DNA of 64,000 bases from assembly GCF_000497125.1 (NCBI RefSeq), contig NC_090597.1, positions 1,499,797 to 1,563,796 on the forward strand, read 5' to 3'. The position numbers and the translations under genes were made by a program. The notes under the pieces were generated by a model. It was not told where the DNA came from. It did not search any database and saw only the letters and a program-made list of their open reading frames with translations. Below are positions 13,701-28,078 of this stretch, piece by piece (position 1 is the stretch's first letter; the number at the start of each line of letters is the position of its first letter). This DNA comes from Spironucleus salmonicida. Taxonomy: Eukaryota.

Positions 13701-16700
13701 AGTGAGATAAAATTATCTGATATTTCATTATTAATTAGATGTGTCGAATGGAAATGCAGATTTGGAAATGCAAATGATTATACGTAGTAATAAATCTACT
13801 TCTTTACTTAAAACTTCTTTTAAGTCATAAATTACTAAGATTATTATATTTCTGAAAATTCTTCTTAAACAGTAAAATTTTCAGGCTTATTTAATGTTGA
13901 TCTAGGAGACGATTTTTCTAAGAAATGTGACAGTCTCAGAATATCTATAAGCTTATCCTTTAATTCAGTGAACTTTAACTAATTAGACTGTAAATCTTGT
14001 AAAACTTTTTTCTCAAATTTTTACAATAAATTTTTATAATATTAACTAATAATAAGTGGAACTTATTACTAATCCTTTATATCTATATCAACATATATCT
14101 CTTCTTGTTATAATGGTTAGAAGAATGGATATTCAATCTTTTGATAATTATTGCTTAGTGTTTATTAAATCAGTTAAACTATACCTGAGGAATTATAATC
14201 ATTTATCTAAGTAAAATGACTTTAAACCAAATCTCTTACTATTAGTTTTGCTACTGTAATTAATAATGATTTACCTGTAAATCGATTTCCTATTACAGCA
14301 AATGTGATAGGTGTAAGCATACAACAAGCAATCATTACCGATAATGCTATTCTCTCATCATCAAAATATAATGGCATTGACTATTATATTTACTAAATAT
14401 CTATTGAGTTTTACATAAAATTAGAATTAGCAAACTATTTTTTAAATTAAGAATCAAGATCTTTTATATTATCAAATTATAATGAGTTGAATTTCATACT
14501 TTAATTTATAATATTGGACAATGATATATTCTCAGATTCAATTAAGTTATCCATATCCTTAGGTACAATTTACATAAGCGTCGTAATCCGTTCTAACATA
14601 TTATCATTTTCCTATTATTCCGCAGATTCAGAACTATCTTCCTTCAAAAATTCATCATATACATTATTCTTAATTATATAATCTTCATTGATATCGCGCT
14701 AACTGGAATTTCTAAAGTTGGTTGCTTTTTTGAATGCTTGTACGGATATAAACTTATGTAAATCAATATTTTAAAGTATGCCTTTACTAAAATTATAGAC
14801 GATAAATTAATATATACTATCATCTGATATATTAGTATAAGAAATATATGAAAATTACTTTGCTGGAAATCTTCTTGGTAAAAATGCTATAGCAGCTTAA
14901 AATAATTACTTAACTATTAATTATTATTAAGAATATTTAGATTTTAAATCTAGAAATTCTAACGAGTGAATCTTTTGCATATGTTCATATAAAATAATAT
15001 TAAGAGGTGTTTTATACTAAAATAATTAATAATTTGTAAATTTGATTTTTTCTAAATCAAAGTTTTAATAATACTCATTAAAATCATTGTATCGTTTACT
15101 AACTACTATTTATTTCTATGAAAATTGAGACACTAATGAAAAGGCATTCCATAAAGATAGAAGTAAAGGCTATAGTAACTATAGAAATGACTCATATGTA
15201 GACTATTAACCTAAATATATTTAATTTAAAAATTACACGTTAAAATCTAATGTCAAAGAGCCTTAACTACCGATCCCTTAATTTTCTGTATTATTTTATA
15301 TACTCCTAATAATATTCATAATATTTGGTTTTAGTACCTCTTATGATTATTCTTATATTTCCTTCATAGCCATTAATAGATCATGGTTATTAAATCCAGT
15401 TATATCACTGGTATTTTATGTAAAATTAACTTGATAAAGTCTGGATAATGTATTTAAAGAATTTTTCATCTCTTGACTTTAATGATCGGTTTTCTTCTTA
15501 AGTTCGACAGAGATATTTTGAGAAAAAACTTAACTAATACTTTCTAATTCTGTTTATGTTAAATTTTAATCATTTTTTGCCAGTTACTCTTTATTACTTT
15601 TCAATGTACTATGTGGTTATAAAATTCCAAATCTTATTAAGAAAAAGTCTGTACAAGATCTTAATACCATAAATTCTTCCATATTTTATCCTAAACTGAA
15701 TAAACTAATCAATTAATCAAAAATTGTAGAATAAAATGACTTAAATATTTAACTTAGGATAGATAATCTAAATAGTTTAAGGTGAACTAATCGTGTTTAT
15801 GAGCCCTCTTATGAACCAGTTGTAGAAAATACATATCGCTAGTCTGATTTAAAAATTATGTTATTACTAAATAATGAATTTTAATATTCTTTATAGTAAA
15901 ATTATTTATTTGCAAATAAGTACAAATGTGTACCTAATATATCATTAAAATCTGGTAATGTTATAAATCTTTTACTATAAAAACCAATATATTTTTAAGT
16001 TTACTAATCTATTATCTCTGCTATTGGTAAAACCATAATAATCTAACTTTTGATAGGCTGAGAATAAAAAAAGTGTGATATTTCTCTAAATTCTGAAACT
16101 GATGTTGGAATGATCGATAAAATATCTGTATCTTAAACTTTTGATAATATTTATTATACTTCAATATATGTTGTTACTATTATAATTTTCTTAAAAGATA
16201 AAATATATGTATTTTAGAGATAGTTTATTAAAATTTTAGCATATTGTAAGTTCATTGATTATAATAGTATAGGTTTTTTAAATTAAAGAAGACTTAATAA
16301 CATAAATATTTCATATGATAAAGATTATGATATTTAATTTTATAACATAAATTTATTTATAAAACCAATAGAATCTTAGGAATAATTAGGAATAACATAT
16401 GTTAGAAAATATTTATTAAAGCTTACAGATTTGCCTCTTTAATTAGACTAAAGCTTTTAAAGAATTAAAGTAAAACCTTTTGACATGGAAACTAACTATG
16501 ATTATTATTATTTATTTAATTCAAAAATACTACTAATAAGATTAGATAAAAGTGAAAGATTAATAGACTATTAATCTTATACAAATATAGAATTTCTATT
16601 TTATTTATTTAGCTTAGCAATTGTTTTAATGTTATTCTCTGAATACTCAGGAAATCCAACACTAATTTAATTCTATTTATTTTTACTCTTTATTTTTGCT

Positions 16701-19700
16701 TTTAAATTTAAATACTGTCTAAGTAGATAGTCTAATAAAATTATACATAAATTAAGAGGTTCATTAGGATTTTTCGCAAATTTAACTATTAAAGCAATAT
16801 CTTAAGGAAGAAGTTCCGGAAATTTCTAATCAAATGAGTTTAATATTTTACTAAGCTGATAGAATTAATTTCCAAAAACGCTATTTTCTGCAATAAATTC
16901 ATTAAGTAATGGAAATTTACTAGAATCATTTGAATATATTAAATTGATAATCTGTCCATTATTAAATTTTTTAAGATATTATACTGTATTTAGCTAATTA
17001 TCAAATGTAACAAAACTAGGAATATCAATTTATACTATATCTGATTAATCTTAATCAGTAATAATATTTTCAATAAGAATAAAATAACCCATCTACTAAG
17101 AAAAATTTTAAAAATTTGATTAGCTTAAGACGATATCATCTTATGATAATTTCAGCGTCTAGTCGTCTATATCTTCTATATATAATTGTTTTTAATTCAT
17201 TTTTGACTCTATGATTGAAATTTTTTTATCTACTATTTCATTAACCTTATGTAAATTCAAGTCAACCTAATAGACTTCAGGTATGCTTCCTTATCGTGAA
17301 GAAACTTAGCCAAAAAGTTCAATAATTTATGACAGCTACGTATTTTCTAATAACTATAAGCCATGTACATATACTATATATCCATTAATGATATAATTTA
17401 TAAATTTATGTGTTAATTAATGAAAATTAACCGTAGTAAAATATAAATCAATAAATTTTCTGGCAAAAAGTCTCGATAAAAACATTTATAATTACAGTAA
17501 GTAAGTTTAATCCTTTAACAATTATATTGAAGATTAACATAAAATTACAGTTTATTTTAAATGTAATGATTATATCACCTAAAAATATGAAGTTAACTAA
17601 GTTAAACTTTAAAGCTCATATTCAAGTTAGTATGGTTTCCCAAGCCACTGATCTTAAATATATAAACTCTTAATATATAAACCATCTTCTATTCTAATGT
17701 CCATATTCTGATTTTTCATAGCCATTTTTAAATTAATATACTCTTCTAACCGACACATAATGGGGATATTATTTTAAACTCTGTTCTATTTTAAAAAATC
17801 TTTTAGCTAGTTTAAAATTTGGATATCTTATTAAATATAAAAACTTATAATTTAAAATTAGTATGGAATTTCTTTGATAAACTGTTAAAACAATTTTGAT
17901 TCTAATAATTTTATTCCAAATTTTACATAATATAAAACAGATTCATTAGTTTAATGTAAAACTAGGTCTGGAAATTTATAAAGAGCATCAGGACACTAAA
18001 TGGGAGTTTAAAACATTAATTTTTCATGGCCTGATTCCAACCACATACATATATTACCTCTTATGATGGAAGGTTAAATTTCTATATGATTTATATTATC
18101 AAAAAATAAAGATTTTAATTATTTATCAACCAAAAACAATGAATTCCAATTTTAAAAATCAGAATAATATTAACTTAGCGAAACATCCATTAAAAGTGAA
18201 GCTGTAAACATCTAATTATTACATTTTGGAATTATAACTCCCTAACTATTATACTAGGATACCACTAATTGCGATTATGATAGCTTATAATTTAAATAAT
18301 TTTAATTTGCTTACTTAGTTTTTCCTATAAGATTCTATAAAACTTACTAATGATTAAAATTGACATTAAATTTTTATTCGTCGCCCATATCAAAGATTTA
18401 ATACTAAGTTTATACTGCAAACAGTGTTTAGTTATAGAGTCGTGTTTTTTAACTTTTTTAAAATCTTTCAAATATAAAATTAAATTTCTTAAAAAATAGT
18501 CTGCTTTGTGTGTTTTCTAGATCCATAAGTATTCTAACACATTCTTTAATAGGATTTTTCTATGAATCAACTTTTTATTACTTAAAGAAATTTATTATAT
18601 AAATAAGCCTCTAGTCCTTTAATAATATTTTGTCTCTAATATTAAGATGAAATTTATATGCTTCAATAATAACTTTCTATTCAGTTTCAGATAGAATATT
18701 AAATTTCTCAACTCTTTTTGTCAGTTACTATTATATTTTATCTTTCTGTTATTAAATAAATTATTAAACGGATTTTTATAATGAGCTTAAATTATAATCT
18801 TTTGTTTCATCAATGTATGTTTGTTTCTGTTTTAATTTTTAAGTTTATCGCAAATTATAATGATTTGCTCTTTAATTTTTTTGTAGTATACTTTCATATT
18901 TTTAATCTATAAAATCATGCTCTAAACTATCTAAATCTAGTTCAATTATGTTACCTAACTATTTAACCATAAGCAGATCATTAATAAGAAATTATGATCT
19001 TAGTAAAAATTAGTATAAAATCTAAGAGTTCATAAGCAGCGCCTCCATATCGCGTGCAAATATAAAAATTTAAGGAGCGATTGAAGCTGAATCTAATAGT
19101 AATAAGGATTAAATAAACATTATAGACTGTTAAAAATACTATGTAAGACCAACATTACTAATATCTATTGTATAGTAATGAAACTCACCAATTTTAAGAC
19201 TTTTATGCTAATTATACTCTACTTTAATTAAAGAAATATATTAATAAATATTTAATAAACTCCTGAATACAGTATCATTTAAATTCATTTATATTGATAC
19301 ATCTATACAAGCATCAAAAAATTATATAGATTATTTTTAATAAATTTATATTATTTTACTATTCTATAAATACAAATCTGTATCTAAAAATATGTCAAAT
19401 TATTTTCCAATACTAGATATATCTCTTGGCAGCATCTTTTTAGACTTTAATATGTCAAATATAATAACCTCAAAAAAGCTATCAGTAATCAATGAGGTTA
19501 AATTATCAATAACAAATAGAAATGTTGAATCAACTGAAATGGAATTTTTTCTCATATAATCATAAAACTCCCTAAATTATTGCTTAAATATTATAATGCA
19601 TTTGGAATATTATCTAATTAACTATATCATTGAATTAATTGGGTACTAATTAACAAATCCTTATTCAGATAACAAATCATGTGTAATTTTAGTTTTAAAA

Positions 19701-22700
19701 AAAGTATTGAGTATATTATAAACAGGAGATAAAAATTTTAGTAATAAGCCTATATTATTAAGAATTAAATTTGGTGCGTCGGTATTTTGCTTATTGTTTA
19801 AATATTTGTCCCAACGTTTCTTAATTTCCTCTAGTATCATAATTTCTTTAATATTATCATATATAAGGTTAAATGATGTCCAATATTTAGTTAAGGTATT
19901 AATTTTATAATATTATTCAGAATCTTTAACATACATATACTAAAGAATTTTATTATTGAGAAGTTAGTTCTTCGTGATTTTGGGTTTTTTTATATTCCAT
20001 GTGAAAGTTTCTTCCAAATTAAATTGCTATGTTGTAAGCTCCAATTATGTTTACTTAAAAAATTCAAAGATATATTCTCTCTCATAAATACTAGTATTTT
20101 TTCTTTCTTTAATATCTAAAATATATTATTAAACTTGAAATAAATACTAACTATCTAAAGTTAAATTTTCTAAAATTATCTTGAATTTTGAAAACAAAAT
20201 ATTCTCAATAAAAATATTATTTGCTGCTAATTATTAAATAAGGGATTTTGATAAAGACAATTAAAAGGACTAATAAGCACTTACTCTTTTTAATATACAA
20301 ATAATACTATTTTGAGCTTAAATTACTAATGAATAGAATGCTTAATGTAACAATTCTATAGAGTCAAATTTAGTTAAATGCACTGATTCAATTTCTTATA
20401 AATACACGTCATAGCTATTTTATATATGATTCTGTAGTTGTACTCTATCATAGTGCTAAAACTACGATAATTCATCAGACACTGTTACATCATCTTACAA
20501 GAGTCGTTAACTTACATATAATTCTAATTTTTACAAAAATAAAAATTTTTCATAGAATTTTTAAACTAAATCATAGGATGTACTAATGTCTTCTTTTTAT
20601 TAATAGCCATCATATCCAAATTCATTTATAATTTATATAGAACACCGTTATGAGTAATCAATTAACATTGTATATACCTTATTACTGTTTTGAATAGAGA
20701 AAATATTATCTAGTTAAATTCCTAAATAAAATAATTAAGGTGTTGTCTGAATTTTTAATATTGCATAATATAGACATCTCATATTATCAATTAACGCTTC
20801 TATATATTATATTACAAGTTCTGTAAAATATTCGTTTAAATTTGAAATAAAATTTTGATACGTTTTAGTAAAATAATCATAAATAGAATTAGAATCAATA
20901 AGTATACAGTAATAATATCTTGATTATTTTAAAATATTAAGTAAAATCTTTTTGACTAACAGATCATAATTAATAATTTTGTGTAATATTTAAACATCAA
21001 CAAAAGGAAAACTGTATTGAGAGTTATCTTTAAGTATATTTACTATATAAATATCATCTAAATTTATATCTTATGCATTGTTTATTGATCCATATAATGA
21101 TTGGTTCTATAATTTTAATGTATCTGTCGCTTAAACAAACATTTAGACCGATGATGAGTCCTTAAACTAATTAATAATATCCATCTCTTCGTCAATATTG
21201 AATATTTAAATTACTATATCTGTAGTCATAGAAAGCACACTCCCAAATTATTCGAAATACTCACCTAAATCTGGTAAAAAATCCGATTAATAAACATATC
21301 CTATTAGATTTTATGATATATTCTGAATAAATTATTCTCTTTCGGTAAAATATGGCATTAATCCATCATTTTATAAAAAATTATCAAAGATCTCTAAGAA
21401 ATCTGCATTTTAGTATGTAACTTTAATACTGGACAAATTTTCCAAAATATCTAAAACATATTACTTATATAAATTTACTGGATCTAGTAAATCCGGCATA
21501 GATATTATTTACTATGTATTTTCACAAATTTTTAACTCAATTTTAAATTGGAAGGGAAATTTTAAATACTGTACATCTGGTAAACTTTAATAACCAAAAT
21601 TATTTAATATAGATCCTAAACATAATAATTTTCTACTAATTTATGTAATTTAATTTTTAAAAGAGTCTGGATTATGTTATTCATCTTAATATGCCAATTT
21701 TATTGCCTCTTAAAACTATGTTGAAGAATCTTTATATTCAGATAATTAAGGTAGTATGATATCATACTCGTTAACATATTCTTTAACTTTAATTGTATTG
21801 AAAAAATGTTATTAAAGTTAAAAGAATAATTTTTCATGAACATATATTAAATAATCTTAAATAAGATAATCAAAGAGTCTAATAGATTTTTTAAATGACA
21901 TATTTTCCATTCCCTTTATTGCAAACTATAATCTACACGTTGAAATATAACTATTTTGAAAATCTAATAGTACTTATAATATTGCAAATATAAATCGTTT
22001 ATTTGAGTTGTTTTATTTTAAATATGAAGTTATCTATGAATTAATATTATCATTCTTATATAAATCTCTCATTAATTAGTAGTTTTCCAATATATTCCGG
22101 TTAACTTTTAAAATATAAATTTGTAATTTCGATTCAGTTAATTATTAAATAAGTGATATATTATTAACATAAATTTATTCTAAATAATAAGGAAATTTGT
22201 TCTAAAGGGTATCAATGACTAATTAATCGTAAACAGTTTTAAGTGTAATAACTACTGATTAAATAGTCAAAAACCACGGTTAAAAACATTATTATTTCTG
22301 TAAATCTACTTTCGCTTACTAGTATTTTTGCTATTTTTCATCTGAAATAATTTGTAATTATGAAATATCTAATAAAATGCTTTAACAACAATCTTGTTAC
22401 AAACATAATCTTTTACATTTTGGATTTATTTACCACATATAATCACTTATTGGTGAAACTTGATAATCAATAACTTTTGGAATGATAAGTTTTTAATCCA
22501 TTTTTTATTATTATTATGCACATTTTATTCCATAATTTATATCTTCAAATCCATAAAACGAATACTATATTTACTCATCAAAATAAACAACATCAGGACC
22601 TTTAAAAGATTACATAATAGTAGTCAAACTATATTCAAATAATTATATAATTTCTAACTTTAATAATTTATAAAGTGGATTTTTCGGACTTACTAATTTA

Positions 22701-23203
22701 TCTAACTATAAAAGGGAGCTTTTATAACACACATTTTATAAATAAGTACTATTAGATATCTTTGTAATTGGATTTGAAAAATCTATAATTTCATTAGAAG
22801 TTATATTTGTATCATATACATTAGTTCTTTATATGAAATATTCTTTATCCACTTTTATACGAGGAAACTAAATTTCTGGGAGTTATTAATCAGTTAATTT
22901 ATTTGAATACTAAAAAACAAAACTAACCGAAAGTTTGGTTAAACAAATTTAATCTTTCAATTTTTCAATAACTAAAACTTCTTTAGTTTTTGGAAAATAT
23001 CCTACTAACTCTACTATTTGGTATTCTAAAAATCCATTACAAGATATATAACCAATACTAGATTTTAATACTAACATTGGATTAGTCATAGACAGATTGT
23101 AAGGTTTAACATTAATATCTACTTATTATATTACCTATCTAGGCTATTATCTTGAAAACTAAACAAGATTTACAGGAACATTTATTTTTACTGTTTTGTT
23201 CAT
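4769..23203 (-). CDS. Divergent dynein heavy chain-like protein, ~6144 aa
   Basis: The same frame holds from ATG 23203 to TGA 4769 at all checked points. Motifs occur in dynein order: W..YLR / LEYEL (YGYEY-like, ~17600), GFTLIL...RGKS (~16430), MPLYFDDERI..AVIGNRFTGKS (AAA4-like, ~14275), DFPILLILD (AAA5 WPLxIDP-like, ~9620), and C-terminal VYCYGLTIIG...YIEIPI...FLLRNICL. Confidence 0.75.
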
Positions 23204-23254
23204 TTGCGAATATCAGTTATAATTATTTTTATATATAATACAACATTTCAAAAT

Positions 23255-24898
23255 ATGGACTAAACCCTTAAACGCAAAATTCCTCTCACTGTGCAATAAA
23301 AATAGCTAATAAAAACCTCTGAATCAAGACCATCAAGAACTTTTGCCATACTATCTAAAAACTAATGGAAACCACTATAAAAAAAATTTTTCCAGATATA
23401 ATCAGATTATAAACCTTTAGAAACTAAGATGGATTTTATAGGTCGAGCCCCAACTAGGATTTAAGAATGTAGGTAAGTTCTATCAACAAACTTCCATGGG
23501 TAATAAGAAATTAATGAAAATTGCGAATCTTCAAAGATTTTGTTTGGTGAACATGAAACTATATAAATATAACGGGGATTTTCACCATCCTAAAGTAGAA
23601 TGATTAGCAGGACTTATCTTAAAAAAATTGTATCAGATGTACAGTCTCCTATATCTTTTGATCAAAAATCAAGTATTTTTCCTTTTCCTTTACACTAAAC
23701 AAGCGATGAATTAAATAAAATGATTAAAATAGGTATTTGTAATGCCAGTTTTTAGTATTAATAATAAATCTTTGGAAAAAAACTTAATGAAAATAGTAAC
23801 CTAACGGATGTATAGACTGAAATCATATCAATATAAAAACTTTAGGAAGATGCAGAATTAATTGCTTAATAAAAAATAGCCTATTTATCATCATAGATCG
23901 AACGCTCAGAAATTTAAAAAATAACTAATATATTTTACAGAGCAATAATAGAATAAATTTCTGTAAACGATTTTTTTAATTAATAAATTTCACTTGGACA
24001 ATCTATTTTCTTTGATCCGAAAATTTAGGATATTAATATACGAATTGTCAATTATCTTTAAAGACTTGACTTTATTTAGTAGATAAAAATTGCCTTTATT
24101 AACAACCCATAATAAAATAAATAAATCTACTTATTATAATTATTATGTTTTGTTCAATAAACTAATATCTAATTCTCAGCAGATTTCAATTAAGTTTAAC
24201 TTAATATATAAATAGATAATTTTACTCCACATATATCTGTTATTTTATCTACATTTATTAGGTTAAATCCAAAATATACTGTTAATATCCTTAAATCTTC
24301 TATCGTATTTTTAAAGAAATAAGTTTAATATCTATAGTCAGCTGAGTAATAAAAGCATAGAATAAGATAAAATTATGTAGATGAGTTATTAGAAACTAGT
24401 GATGAAGACATATATGATGAATTTCCGAATTATATTGATACTAATCTTCGTGGTATGTTATTGCAAACTACCAGACAAAATAATATTGCGCAATTGGATC
24501 ATGATACTGTAATAATTGCAATTTAGGATAAATTTATGAAAGGATTTGTCAACTAAGATAGATCATTAGGATAATTATTTTCTAATATGGATAATAGCAT
24601 TTACATACTTTTTTTAATATAATAATGTATTTTTTGTCTGGTATAAAGTAATTGCGGGCTGTAGTTAGCAAAAACTTAAATTCCACTGCTGATTGGAATC
24701 ATGGAAGAATTAAATGAATTTATTGAAGAAAAAACAACTCTGAAATTTTCAGCTTAATTTCTTTTTCTCTTAAACTAATTGATTTTACCACCACATTAAG
24801 ATTATTTATTTCCTGATGCTGTTAAATATACTCCATCAAGCGAAGGATATATTAATAAGTTACAGTTTATTTTTAAGTAAATATTAAAATCAGAGTGA
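23255..24898 (+). CDS. Hypothetical protein, 547 aa (low-complexity N-terminus, helical C-terminus)
   Basis: ATG 23255 (MDQTLKRKIPL...), ends ...ILKSE-TGA. Divergent from the dynein-like gene across a 51 bp spacer. Confidence 0.7.
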
Positions 24899-24949
24899 AA
24901 ATTTTATTATGTAACATATATATTTATTTTTATATTTTCTATTTATTAA

Positions 24950-25426
24950 ATGACAAGCTAAACATTCAAACTACCTATAGAAGTTGATGCATTTCACGTG
25001 TCAACCTATGAGTTAATTCAGACTGAAAGTGGATCATCTTAAAATTAATTGGGAAAGATCAGTGGATTGTTGGCTAGGAAAATGCCCAAAGGTATGACAG
25101 ACTACCCAGTTAAATCATCTATGTGTACTACCTATCACAAATATCGAAGAATACCAAATTAATATTATAAAACTAGAGATTTGCTGGTAATTGACTCCTT
25201 GTATAAGCAGAAGTCGATTAAAACACCAACACCGCCTCCGCCACCAAGAGAAAAATGTAACTAGTCCGATAAAGGTATTTAAACCTCTAATTTGGATATA
25301 GAATAATATGGAATGTCTAGAAGAGCCTGTTCTAGAGTCTGGTAAGGCCTGAAAATCAAAAACAATGAATTTTCTGCTTCTCTAGATTTCCAATTTGAGC
25401 GAAAAAGAAAAGGATGGGAATTGTGA
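24950..25426 (+). CDS. Hypothetical protein, 158 aa
   Basis: ATG 24950 (MTSQTFKLPIEVDAFHVSTY...), ends ...KRKGWEL-TGA. Flanked by short AT-rich spacers. Confidence 0.65.
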
Positions 25427-25465
25427 TATTATTATATATTAATATATATATTTCACCATACAAAT

Positions 25466-26251
25466 ATGTTGGCCTACCAAGAACTTGTTAATCGCGAACT
25501 CACACAGCCTACATCACCCCAAGCGCAAATTTAGACTCGATAAACGCTTTTAACAATTCTACACCCGCTTTCTCAGTACCCTCTTTTTCTTAATTCCGTA
25601 GTTGACGAGTACCCGGATTTGAAGTAGATTTATCTCCAAAAAATCAAATTCCCCATATCCTTAAAGGAAATCAAGTCCAAACTGTAGCCTAGAACGCTCA
25701 AATACAAGTTCGTCGGCGAGGTATTCAGGGACCTCGTTTTGCTGCTCGAGAACTGCAGAGAATTCAACGCAGAAAACGACCAGCTTCTACTGGTAGCTGA
25801 GCAGTTTGAGTAGGCGATTCAGATTCAATTGAATGAATTTTGCAAAAAACTTAACGCTGTTTCTGTCGATTATAAATAATTAAAAGATAATATATTTAAG
25901 GAGTTCGAGCCTTTTCCGCTCCCCCAATAAGCAAAATCGCCAACGGAGCAAGATTTCTAACAGTTTTAGACGAAATTCAATGCGCTGATTCCTGAGCAGT
26001 AGGGCAGACTTCTTGCCATTATCGCAGACGAATTGGAGGAGTTTGAAGGGGGAGATTTCGTGCTAGAATTCGGAGAGGAGAATGGAAAGATTTTCTGGTG
26101 GATTTGCGGGCAACTCGATGAAATCGGAAAGGAAAGTGATGTACTTGATGGTGATCTGGTCGATGGGGAAGAAGGTAGCGAAGATGAGGGGAGCGAAGTA
26201 GACGGCGCAGAACGCGATGGAGAAGATGAGGTTCAGATGAATGAGGTTTGA
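25466..26251 (+). CDS. Bromodomain protein with probable ET domain and acidic tail, 261 aa
   Basis: FLNSVVDEYPDLKQIYLQKIKFPISLKEIKSKL...YKFVGEVFRDLVLLLENCREFN matches the bromodomain consensus, including the acetyl-lysine-binding Asn. FNALIPEQQGRLLAII...FVLEF resembles an ET domain. Confidence 0.85.
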
Positions 26252-26702
26252 CGATTTGGATTTTTCGGTAGCTTGTGATTTTAGATCATTAGGTGATTAG
26301 CAGCTTTTGAAATATTTTAATTTAAATAAGATTATATAGTAAGAGACTAAGTATAATCATATATTGTTTCTAAAAGATTAAGAAAATGCATCTAAGCTAA
26401 TTTAGCCATGTGTGATGAAAAGATTATATAATTTGCTATTAGGAATTGAAAGAAATAAATATATTCTAGTGGTGTGACGCGTAGGTTATTGGAATACGTT
26501 TAAGTTCAGATTATCCTAAGGAGAATAACTGTCTAAACATTTCTCTAAAGGAACTTCAATACTTCTAAAAACTAGAATAAAAGATTTATATATTGTTTTA
26601 ATCGTTAAACATAATAATTCTTAAGAATAGTACATATTGCTTCGTATATTACCTAGCTTTTAAATATCTATTTTAAAGAATTACAATAACTATGTAAATA
26701 AA

Positions 26703-27989
26703 TCACCCACCAAGTCCATAAGACATGACTTATTCTTTCAAACTTCTATAAATATTTTATAACTCCGGATAAAATTAATCCTATAGAAGCATGCTGTTTT
26801 TAACACAATATTATAGTTGATTGAATTAGTCTGTTTTTAGATGAACATTACTAAATATTAATTATTTTAGCCAAGGTGTTACAATTTTTTTATTGTCATT
26901 AAGATAAATAAGCATATAGTTTATTGTCTTATATCGCAACTTTTCTTCAATCACAGGTAAGCATGGCTCTACTTGATCTAATAATTATAAAAACTACCGC
27001 AATGAGCTTTAACTAAGTGAATTTCCCTAAAATTCAAATATTTTATTTAACATATGGTCTACAAATTCAATATTATAATTTCCAGTAAGTTGCATTTCCC
27101 GAAAACGCTTCTTTTAGCTAAGTTTTTCATCTAAAAATTATTCTGGCAATGACTCAGATACATTATGACTTTTTCTAAATGTTGGTAATCTACAAGTTGG
27201 TTACTGTTTTGGTTACTACTTTCTAAATGAGAAATCGGATTTCATATAAACTATATTTTCGATTTCTTCACTAGTCGAATCTTCAACAATAAAATTATTA
27301 TCAATTGAAGCATTATATGTAGCGGACTCTGATAATACCTAACCAAGTTAGATAGTACTTTAAATTTTTTTATGTGGTTTCCGAAACTTTTAATAAGATA
27401 GCCGAGTAAAGTCAGAATTAGTAGCCCCTGCTGCCATTGTCTGATATGTAGCTTATAGTACATCCTTTTAGTCTGAGTTTTAATATTTTAAAACTAATTT
27501 CTGTAGTGTCAATGGAAGCAAATCTAATGAAGAAATAACAGATAAAACTTTAAGAGCATCAGCTGTACAAAACTTAAAACTTAATGAATATTTACATGAT
27601 TCTAAAGTCATATTTAAAACTAATGTATCGTTGAACACTTATGGAGAGTTCCTTGTAAGCCTGTATATGGTTTAAAGTGCTACAAGTACTTAATCTTCTG
27701 GTTTTTTCATAATATACTTTGATAAAAATAATATCATATTTACTGTAGTTTTAGGACAATTTTAAGCTACATGGTAAAGTATACACACATTTTATCTTTA
27801 CTAAAAATAATTATAAACTAAATCGAAAGAAATTTTTGAAGATTGTAAAATTACTTCTAAAGATATATCGTTCAGTTCGTTATCTAATACCCCTTTCGAT
27901 AATGTATTGAGATATGATGGTATTTTTGAAGGCTACTATTCAATTTGTGCTGAAATTTAATATATTTAAGTTTTAGTTAACGGGCGCAT
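26703..27989 (-). CDS. Hypothetical protein, 428 aa
   Basis: ATG 27989 (MRPLTKTQIYQISAQIE...), ends ...VMSYGLGG-TGA at 26703. Confidence 0.65.
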
Positions 27990-28078
27990 TAAATCTTTAA
28001 TTTATTAAGGATATATAAATCTAATTAGTCACTCGAGACATAATAATATTAAAATACCAATAATAGTATAAAATCATA

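Noticed and set aside
4638-22642. Short ORFs in the supplied track overlapping the dynein-like gene (e.g. 10935-11204, 11445-11693, 12520-12702, 22460-22642)
   Set aside because: They are antisense or off-frame shadows of the long minus-strand gene and artefacts of standard-code translation.
4769-23203. Cis- or trans-spliced introns, as in Giardia dynein genes
   Set aside because: The frame is continuous at all checked points and I saw no GTATGT...ACTAAC..AG intron signature. The search was by eye and not exhaustive.
26355-26635. Possible ~90-codon minus-strand ORF between the bromodomain gene and the gene ending at 26703
   Set aside because: Short, with no homology cue and no AGTGA stop context.
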